A DNA stretch of 64,000 nucleotides from contig CAVQHD010000001.1 in NCBI GenBank assembly GCA_963712275.1, positions 1,184,001-1,248,000 on the forward strand. The letters are read 5' to 3'. The notes under the pieces were generated by a model. It saw only the letters and a program-made list of their open reading frames with translations. It did no database searches and was not told where the DNA came from. A program made the position numbers and the translations under genes. Shown piece by piece: positions 57,147 through 64,000 of this stretch. The stretch's first letter is position 1; the number at the start of each line of letters is the position of its first letter. This DNA is from an uncultured Rhabdochlamydiaceae bacterium (GTDB taxonomy: Bacteria > Chlamydiota > Chlamydiia > Chlamydiales > Rhabdochlamydiaceae).

Positions 57147-58060
57147 ATAAAGATGTTCTTCGGCTGCGTATGTTTGCTGGGCCGAATGGGTCAGGCAAGA
57201 GTACGTTCAAGACAATGATTCGCCGGGAGCTTCTTGGTGTTTATGTCAATCCTGATGAAATTGAAAAAGAGATTGAGAGGGGATTTCTTGATTTGGAGGC
57301 TTACCAAGTGACAGCAGCAGAGCAAGAGATTCTAAAATTTTTTCAGGAATCACCTTTATTAGAAAGAGCAGGTTGTCTTGATGAGACACAATTTTTGCGT
57401 TTTAATGATAATAAATTGAGTTTTCACGATGTGGGGAGCAATGCTTATTTTGCCTCCGTTGCCGCTGATTTTATTCGTCAAAAGCTCATTGAACACTCCA
57501 AATCGTTCACTTTTGAAACTGTCATGTCTTTCCCCGATAAGATAGAGCTGCTTCGAAAAGCGCAATTTAGAGGATATCGTACTTATCTTTACTATGTAGC
57601 TACAAAAGACCCGTCTATCAATATTTCGCGCGTGCGCTACCGTGTAAGCAGGGGAGGACACTCAGAAGCTGTCTTAAAGCTCAGGTTTCGTCGCTTTTTG
57701 GAGGATTTTTGGCCAATTTTCGCTTTATTTGGTGGGGGTAATATACGAAAGTTGATATAACCCCCCACCAAATAAAGCGAAAATTGGCTCAAAAAGCCCC
57801 AAAAAGCGACAGAAACTGAGTTTTAAGACAGCTTCTCAGTACCAGAAGATAAAATAACAACACGGTATCACCGCTCTTTAGACCTATTGACTGATGCTGT
57901 TCAAGCCACTCATCGTGCTTATATCTTTGACAATTCTACACATGAGCATGTTTGGCTTGCGGAAATTACCAACGGTCACATTCTAGAAATGAAAACGGAT
58001 AACATGCCTGCGTGGTTTAAGAAAGCGTTGTGGGATAAATTTAATGCCGGCAAGGTATAG
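57143..58060 (+). pseudogene. Zeta-toxin-like P-loop kinase interrupted by MITE copy 5
   Basis: AGPNGSGKST, VNPDEI and FETVMS; excision restores RVSRGGHSVPEDKITTRYHRSL...FDNS, 247 aa. Confidence 0.9.
57665..57835. mobile_element. Palindromic MITE-like element, copy 5 (171 bp, TSD TCA)
   Basis: Nearly identical to copy 1; TCA at 57662-57664 and 57836-57838. Confidence 0.93.
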
Positions 58061-58100
58061 GCGTTAGAAGATGCAAGTTTATCCTAATGCAAGCAATTTA

Positions 58101-58760
58101 CTAGACAAGACGGGGAGCGAGCCTTCTTGATAAATCGATTAACTTTCGATCTAACCAGGAGAAGGGAGGAATAGAGTTGGCAAAGAGAGCCCCGATTCCG
58201 CATATAGCGGCGTACTTCATCGATGTGAGCCCCTCAGCCCAATCTTTAGCCATCGGAACTGCCCAAGCATTAATTTGAGTAAAATCGTATTTGTCTGTGA
58301 TGGCTTTGAACACTTCTGTCAGCCTGCGCTTTGTTTCCGGTGGGACCTTTTCCCCCCAAAGGTGCGCCCAAAAGCTATAGAACTTAAATCCTTCTGCCCG
58401 AACCTGCTCTACTGCCGCTTGCTCCATTTTGCGGAGTTCTGCTGAGATTTTTCCATGAGGAATATAAGCTGTGATAATTAGAAAAAGTCCATCGATACAG
58501 AGAGAGGTCCCTAGGGCATCTAAGGTGGCGAGCGGATGAATACAAAAAGTGAGCCCTCCCAGGGCATATTGAAGTCCAGGTTGTTTGATTAAAAAGCGGG
58601 CTGTATAAAGAGATAGGCAAATAGAAGCCGCCGCTGCCGCTTTCGCCATCCCTAAAATCAGTGCTTCCATGTTTTGCAGTTTCTGCTCGCGATTTGCAGC
58701 ATGGTACAAACCATGAGCACTGCGCCCGATATCGTGGATTGCCCAGCTTAACTTGATCAT
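58101..58760 (-). CDS. Hypothetical membrane protein
   Basis: 219 aa ORF with several hydrophobic segments. Confidence 0.65.
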   Translation of the reverse strand: MIKLSWAIHDIGRSAHGLYHAANREQKLQNMEALILGMAKAAAAASICLSLYTARFLIKQPGLQYALGGLTFCIHPLATLDALGTSLCIDGLFLIITAYIPHGKISAELRKMEQAAVEQVRAEGFKFYSFWAHLWGEKVPPETKRRLTEVFKAITDKYDFTQINAWAVPMAKDWAEGLTSMKYAAICGIGALFANSIPPFSWLDRKLIDLSRRLAPRLV

Positions 58761-58770
58761 AGGTATCTCG

Positions 58771-59919
58771 CTATTCTTGAAGTAGGTTGCTCAATGGTGG
58801 ATCTAAGGTTGCATGGATTTGACAAATAGTCGTGCCTGGCACATCGCGGTTGCGTGGAAAAATCTTTCTGTTCAGATGCAAATATTGATTGTTTATTTGC
58901 GCCCCTTCTGGGTTTTTAAGGAGGGAGATTAAAAAATCGCACTCCTGTTTCCCAAGTAATAAACCTTGGCTCCACAGTCCATTCGTGTCGGTATTGCTCA
59001 TTGAACGCCAATTAACCCCATATCCCAGAACTGCTATTTGTTCGATCTCTTGAACAACAATTTGGTCGTTGATTTTCATTCGGAATCGTAATTTTATCCA
59101 ATGAATTGTTTCTCCTCCGAAAGGTGTCTCTATTATAGATGTTCGTTCGATCGCATGCTGAGCGGCTTTTGTAAAGTCATCGACATACGGAATCGACAAA
59201 AATGTGAAGGGCCCTATTTGTTCAATCAGGTGTCGTGGAAACAATGAACCCAGATGGGTGTGGGAAAGCCAATCATTGTTGCGAGGACGCTCTGCTTTAC
59301 CACAGATTTTTTTGCAAAGGAAAAAATAAAGCATATAGTTATCAAAAGGTGCTGTTTTTTTAAACAACTCTTCAGAAATAGAGAAGTTTAAATATTTAGC
59401 AAAATATTCAGGCTTATACAAATGTTCGCGGTTGTTTTTGCAAATGAAATAAGATCTTTTTGAAGCCATGCTCAAGTGTTGGAAGTCTGTAAAGTGTAAA
59501 AAACGACAGATTTTAACCAACATTTCAGGGGTATCCAATCCCTCAGGTAATGAAGTTGCAGTTTCATCCTCGACAAGCAAAGGTAACTTAATCGTCAGTG
59601 GCAGGTCCTTTGCGCGCATATGTTTTTCTTTAAACTGATCGGGTGTGCAGTAAATAGTGATCGTATTGGGAACGTGGGGGATGATATCCTTTGGGATATC
59701 AATGCCCTTAAAACAATATTTGATAAACAGACGGACTAAATAGCACGCGCCTAAATGAACAGAGGCAATGACGACAGCGCCTCCTATAGCGACCCCCACT
59801 AAAGGTACAAGGGCAAGTAACGATGAGAGGGCAACAAAAACAATCCTTGACATCATACGGGCCAAAGGGTTGGGGGAGTAGGTCCATGGGCTCATAGACG
59901 TTGCAAGACGGGTAATCAT
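58771..59919 (-). CDS. Membrane-anchored F-box-like protein, paralog of 1388..2629
   Basis: Long hydrophobic domain; PEMLVKICRFLHFTDFQHLSMASKRSY; the track start (TTG 59991) falls inside a MITE, so ATG 59919 is preferred. Confidence 0.6.
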   Translation of the reverse strand: MITRLATSMSPWTYSPNPLARMMSRIVFVALSSLLALVPLVGVAIGGAVVIASVHLGACYLVRLFIKYCFKGIDIPKDIIPHVPNTITIYCTPDQFKEKHMRAKDLPLTIKLPLLVEDETATSLPEGLDTPEMLVKICRFLHFTDFQHLSMASKRSYFICKNNREHLYKPEYFAKYLNFSISEELFKKTAPFDNYMLYFFLCKKICGKAERPRNNDWLSHTHLGSLFPRHLIEQIGPFTFLSIPYVDDFTKAAQHAIERTSIIETPFGGETIHWIKLRFRMKINDQIVVQEIEQIAVLGYGVNWRSMSNTDTNGLWSQGLLLGKQECDFLISLLKNPEGAQINNQYLHLNRKIFPRNRDVPGTTICQIHATLDPPLSNLLQE

Positions 59920-59958
59920 GGCTAAAATAATAGCATAACTGAGATGATTATATCTAGA

Positions 59959-60014
59959 GAGGAAGCTCGCAAAACCCCGATTTGAGGCCAAATCCGCGCT
60001 TTGTGAGCTCCCTC
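59959..60014. mobile_element. Short 56-bp palindromic element (TSD TAGA), reverse orientation relative to the 21393 copy
   Basis: Reverse complement contains CAAAGCGCGGATTTGGCCTC as in 21402-21422; TAGA at 59955-59958 and 60015-60018. Confidence 0.8.
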
Positions 60015-60027
60015 TAGAGGTCGAAAT

Positions 60028-61215
60028 ATGTCAAAAAAAGATTATCTTAAATATTTGAAAAAAGAAACCGAAGGATTGCGGAGTCAAGGGCTCTATAAAG
60101 AAGAGCGGATTCTGAGCTCGCCTCAAAATGCAGAGGTTACGGTTCAAAAAAAACAGCTTCTCAACCTGTGTGCAAATAACTATCTGGGACTTGCCGATGA
60201 TCCCGTCCTGATACGGGCGGCTAGTGAGGGGCTGGAGAAATACGGCTATGGGATGGCCTCTGTCCGGTTTATTTGCGGAACGCAAACGGTACATAAAGAA
60301 CTTGAAGCTCAAATCAGCCAATTTTTAGGGATGGAGGATACGATTCTTTATTCTTCTTGTTTTGACGCAAATGGCGGTCTTTTTGAAGCGCTTCTCTCCG
60401 AACAGGATGCGATTATCAGCGATGCGCTTAACCATGCGAGCATTATCGATGGGGTAAGGCTGTGCAAAGCAAAGCGGTGGAGGTATGCGAACAATAACAT
60501 GCAAGAGCTGGAAAAAGCGTTGCAAGAAGCGCAAGAGTGCCGTTTCAGGATGGTTGCAACCGATGGAGTTTTTTCCATGGATGGGGTTATTGCAAATTTG
60601 CAGGCAATTTGTGACTTGGCAGATAAGTACGATGCGCTTGTCATGGTTGATGACTCTCATGCAACCGGCTTTATGGGGCAAAAAGGAAGAGGAACCCATG
60701 AAGAATGTGGGGTGATGGGTCGAGTCGATATTTTGACGGGAACTCTAGGAAAGGCTTTGGGCGGCGCGTCAGGCGGCTATACAAGCGGTCCCAAAGAGAT
60801 CGTCGACTGGCTCCGACAGCGCTCAAGGCCGTATCTGTTCTCCAATTCACTTGCCCCCGTCATTGCGTCGACCTCCCTCCAAGTCTTCAAGCTATTAGAA
60901 TCGAGTGATTCACTGAGAGAGAAGCTCAAGGAAAATAGTCGATATTTTAGGAAAGAGATGGGATCGCTCGGGTTTAAGCTTGCCGGAAGCTGCCATCCGA
61001 TCATTCCTGTGATGCTAGGAGATGCCATGCTTGCTAAAGAAATGTCAGAGCGTTTATTAGAAGAGAGGATCTATGTGATTGGATTTTCATATCCTGTGGT
61101 CCCCAAAGATGAGGCCCGCATTCGAACCCAGATGTCGGCAGCGCATGAGAAAAAACATCTTGATCATGCAATCGAGGCTTTTGCAAAGGTGGGCCGGCAA
61201 TTAGGAGTGATTTAG
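60028..61215 (+). CDS. kbl: 2-amino-3-ketobutyrate CoA ligase (glycine C-acetyltransferase)
   Basis: [27 protein letters not shown] and ARIRTQMSA motifs. Confidence 0.96.
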   Translation: MSKKDYLKYLKKETEGLRSQGLYKEERILSSPQNAEVTVQKKQLLNLCANNYLGLADDPVLIRAASEGLEKYGYGMASVRFICGTQTVHKELEAQISQFLGMEDTILYSSCFDANGGLFEALLSEQDAIISDALNHASIIDGVRLCKAKRWRYANNNMQELEKALQEAQECRFRMVATDGVFSMDGVIANLQAICDLADKYDALVMVDDSHATGFMGQKGRGTHEECGVMGRVDILTGTLGKALGGASGGYTSGPKEIVDWLRQRSRPYLFSNSLAPVIASTSLQVFKLLESSDSLREKLKENSRYFRKEMGSLGFKLAGSCHPIIPVMLGDAMLAKEMSERLLEERIYVIGFSYPVVPKDEARIRTQMSAAHEKKHLDHAIEAFAKVGRQLGVI

Positions 61216-62247
61216 GTGAAGGCTTTAGGAAAGTTAAAAAAAGAACCTGGACTTTGGCTTTACGAGGCCCCCTTTCCACAAATGGGTCCTAGCGACGTGC
61301 TCATCAAGATTCAAAAGACGTCGGTTTGCGGAACAGATGTGCATATTTATAATTGGGATGCATGGGCCCAGAAGACCATTCCTGTGCCTATGACGATCGG
61401 CCATGAATTTTATGGCATTGTCGAAAAAGTTGGATCTGACGTCTCCACAGTGAAAATAGGGGACCGTGTCTCTGGTGAAGGGCATCTTGTCTGTGGTAAC
61501 TGCCGCAATTGCCGAGCAGGAAAATTTCATCTCTGCGGCAATACGATCGGGATTGGAGTCAACTGCACCGGTTGTTTTTCAGATTATTTTGTGCTTGCAG
61601 CCTCTAATGTGGTTGTTCTTCCTTCGACGATTGAAGACACTGTGGCATCGATGCTTGATCCTTTAGGAAACGCCGTGCATACAGCTCTCTCCTTCGACCT
61701 GGCTGGCGAAGATGTCCTAATCACAGGCGCTGGACCGATTGGGATCATGGCAACGGCCATTGCAAAGCACGTCGGGGCCCGCTCTGTTGTCATTACCGAT
61801 ATGAATGACTACCGCTTAAATCTAGCAAAAAAGATGGGAGCGACAAAAGCGGTTCATGTGGGCAGAGAAAAGCTTTCTGAGGTCATGAAAGAGCTCAATA
61901 TGAAAGAAGGGTTTACCGTAGGGCTTGAAATGTCTGGAAGCCCTCAAGCTTTAAACGGCATGATCGATGCGATGCAAAGCGGGGGTAAAATCGCCCTCCT
62001 TGGCATTTTGCCAGAGGATTCAGAAATTAATTTCACAAAAATCATTTTTAAAAGCATCCCCCTCAAAGGAATCTATGGCCGTGAAATGTTTGAGACATGG
62101 CATAAAACCATTGCGATGCTCGAGAGTGGACTCAATGTAACCCCTGTCATTACCCATGTCTTCCCTGTCCAAGAGTATGAGAAAGCATTTGAAGTGATGC
62201 GCTCGGGCCATTCAGGCAAAGTCATTTTGGATTGGACCTTAGATTAG
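61216..62247 (+). CDS. tdh: L-threonine 3-dehydrogenase
   Basis: [25 protein letters not shown] and [11 protein letters not shown] motifs. Confidence 0.96.
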   Translation: MKALGKLKKEPGLWLYEAPFPQMGPSDVLIKIQKTSVCGTDVHIYNWDAWAQKTIPVPMTIGHEFYGIVEKVGSDVSTVKIGDRVSGEGHLVCGNCRNCRAGKFHLCGNTIGIGVNCTGCFSDYFVLAASNVVVLPSTIEDTVASMLDPLGNAVHTALSFDLAGEDVLITGAGPIGIMATAIAKHVGARSVVITDMNDYRLNLAKKMGATKAVHVGREKLSEVMKELNMKEGFTVGLEMSGSPQALNGMIDAMQSGGKIALLGILPEDSEINFTKIIFKSIPLKGIYGREMFETWHKTIAMLESGLNVTPVITHVFPVQEYEKAFEVMRSGHSGKVILDWTLD

Positions 62248-62273
62248 ATCAGAGCCTTCCCCTTTCGATCATT

Positions 62274-64000
62274 TTACGGAGTACAAGGGATGGGGTTGGA
62301 GCAAGACTGAATAAGATCGATGATGCCCGAAGTGTTGATCACGCCTATGTTAACGATATCTACATTGCAAGGGCTTAAGTTGAAGAAACCATCTACCGGA
62401 TTGGTTAGAAGATAATCAGTGCTGCTGTTATTGCCAGTAAGAGTTAGGCAGGCTGTAGGGCTCGATAGGTCGGAACCAATAACTACGGCTACACCTGTAT
62501 TGTCTGATAACGTGTTATTGGTAACGGAACCCACAAGGCTTGTATATTGTTCTATATCCAGGCCTGAGGCAGCGTTTGATGACATATTTTCGCAATTGCT
62601 GATCGTGTTATTCGAAATGTTCAATGTCAGGGAATCGATACCTATGGGAGCATAAGTGAGGATTCCTGTCCCTTCGCAGCTGTTAATTTCGTTATTTAGT
62701 ATTGTTAGGCTAAGAGTTGAGAAGTCTTGGTTTATAGCAATTCCATTTGACGCATTTCCAATATCTGTAATGGTATTGTTGTTAATTTTTATATTGCCGG
62801 TTGAGGTAGTTCCAGAGCTTATAACGGCGATTCCGTTATCATTGGCCCCTACGATCGTATTGTCTGCTACAACCAGGCTAAAAGTATCGACGGGGGTTGC
62901 AAAAACTAGAGCAGAGCGTCCGTTATTAGACATTATATTTTCAGATACTGTGGTTTCAAGAGTTGTAAATGCGCCACTCGTATGCAGGTAAAGAGCATTG
63001 GATGTATTTCCGGAGAATGTGTTGCCTGTTAATGCGATCGAACAATGATCCGTCGTTCCGACTGGAAGGACAACAAAGCTCGATCCTAAGCTTGCCTGAG
63101 ATCCTGTTCCGTTATTTGTAATCGTATTGTTAAGCACGATAATATCGGCATTGACGAGGGTATCGAGGCTAAACCGTATGCTGCCCGTTGTGTTGTTGTT
63201 AAAGGTGTTATTTTCGATATCGACAGCAAGGATGTTGCTATGAGCTGATATTTCCAACGGAACGCTAGAGATAGAAGTTTGGCCTGTAAATGTATTATCC
63301 GAGCAGAGAACGGTGGATGTTCCATTCAGAGTCAAAAAGACTCCATTAACGTTATTCAAAAACTGATTGTTTGTTAAGGATATAGAGGCATTGCCAGAAA
63401 AGGAAGCCTCGATCGCATAAGTAGCAGTGTTTGTGATCGTGCAAGAAGAGACCTCCAAGCTTTGTGGATCGGCTCCATAGATGGCATCGTTCATTGCAGA
63501 TGTAATGATAAAACCGCTTATGGCATTATGGATCGCCAGGGTGATTACATTGCCATCTGTATCGATATTGGTATTCGTAATGGTAGGCAGGGAGCTGCTT
63601 TGTGCGGGGATAAAGATCATCCCTTTAGAAGTTTGTATCGAGTGGCTAACGCCAGAGCCCCAAAACTTCTGATTTGCTTTTAAAGAGATTCCTGAATCCA
63701 TTCCTTTAGTTGTCCCATCGCCAGGGAATACGTAGATGATGTTATTCGGGGAGGAGTTGCCTTGTGCTTGAGCTAAACTATGATAAGGACTTTCATAGGT
63801 GCCGTCTGAACTGCTTGTATTGTCGACGAACACAAAGAAGTAGGGGAGTCCTGAGACAGGATCAATAGCGACGGTGTTTTTTCTTGTGTTATGAATGACG
63901 ACGATCTCTTGTCTACCCACCGGCTGCAGCATTCGGTCATTTAGTGTATTTGCTACTTTACAAGTGCGTCCCTGTTGTTTGACTTTTGATTTAGGGCCAA
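62274..64000 (-). CDS. Partial surface protein with right-handed beta-helix repeats; 5' end lies outside the window
   Basis: Asn/Thr/Ile-rich repeats, DGTYESPYHSL and IIYVFPGDG; the frame stays open from ATG 63932 to the window edge. Confidence 0.8.
   Translation of the reverse strand, partial: GPKSKVKQQGRTCKVANTLNDRMLQPVGRQEIVVIHNTRKNTVAIDPVSGLPYFFVFVDNTSSSDGTYESPYHSLAQAQGNSSPNNIIYVFPGDGTTKGMDSGISLKANQKFWGSGVSHSIQTSKGMIFIPAQSSSLPTITNTNIDTDGNVITLAIHNAISGFIITSAMNDAIYGADPQSLEVSSCTITNTATYAIEASFSGNASISLTNNQFLNNVNGVFLTLNGTSTVLCSDNTFTGQTSISSVPLEISAHSNILAVDIENNTFNNNTTGSIRFSLDTLVNADIIVLNNTITNNGTGSQASLGSSFVVLPVGTTDHCSIALTGNTFSGNTSNALYLHTSGAFTTLETTVSENIMSNNGRSALVFATPVDTFSLVVADNTIVGANDNGIAVISSGTTSTGNIKINNNTITDIGNASNGIAINQDFSTLSLTILNNEINSCEGTGILTYAPIGIDSLTLNISNNTISNCENMSSNAASGLDIEQYTSLVGSVTNNTLSDNTGVAVVIGSDLSSPTACLTLTGNNSSTDYLLTNPVDGFFNLSPCNVDIVNIGVINTSGIIDLIQSCSNPIPCTP

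Noticed and set aside
1..64000. CRISPR array or cas genes
   Set aside because: No regularly spaced repeat-spacer array and no cas motifs; the repeats are dispersed palindromes or intragenic

Overview
Chromosomal segment of an environmental Chlamydiae-like bacterium. The assignment rests on chlamydial-type T3SS sctU-sctV, the gene orders ssrA-ileS-lepB-CT021-like and pyrG-yqgF-zwf-opcA-pgl, and an NTT/TLC-type nucleotide transporter. Housekeeping blocks alternate with accessory DNA: TA pairs and relics, an intact single-ORF IS66 with an 8-bp TSD beside tmRNA, OMP/autotransporter genes and candidate secreted effectors, including two membrane-anchored F-box-like paralogs. The strongest non-annotated signal is a family of palindromic MITE-like elements: four full 170-171 bp hairpins, one truncated copy, two 54-56 bp copies, a 22-bp collapsed copy and a half copy. 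Most complete copies are flanked by T..A 3-4 bp duplications. The arms differ between copies but stay self-complementary, and the GAAA-containing apical loop is conserved in the long copies. Excising them by hand restores a zeta-toxin-like gene, the 5' end of dus and the 3' end of tetR. Other highlights are an RNA-repair operon with rtcB next to a 2H-phosphoesterase/archease fusion, a DnaA-box-like plus IHF-site cluster upstream of lepB, and a nonsense-mutated pncA overlapped antisense by the tail of another gene. All calls come from reading motifs by eye; no database searches were run.
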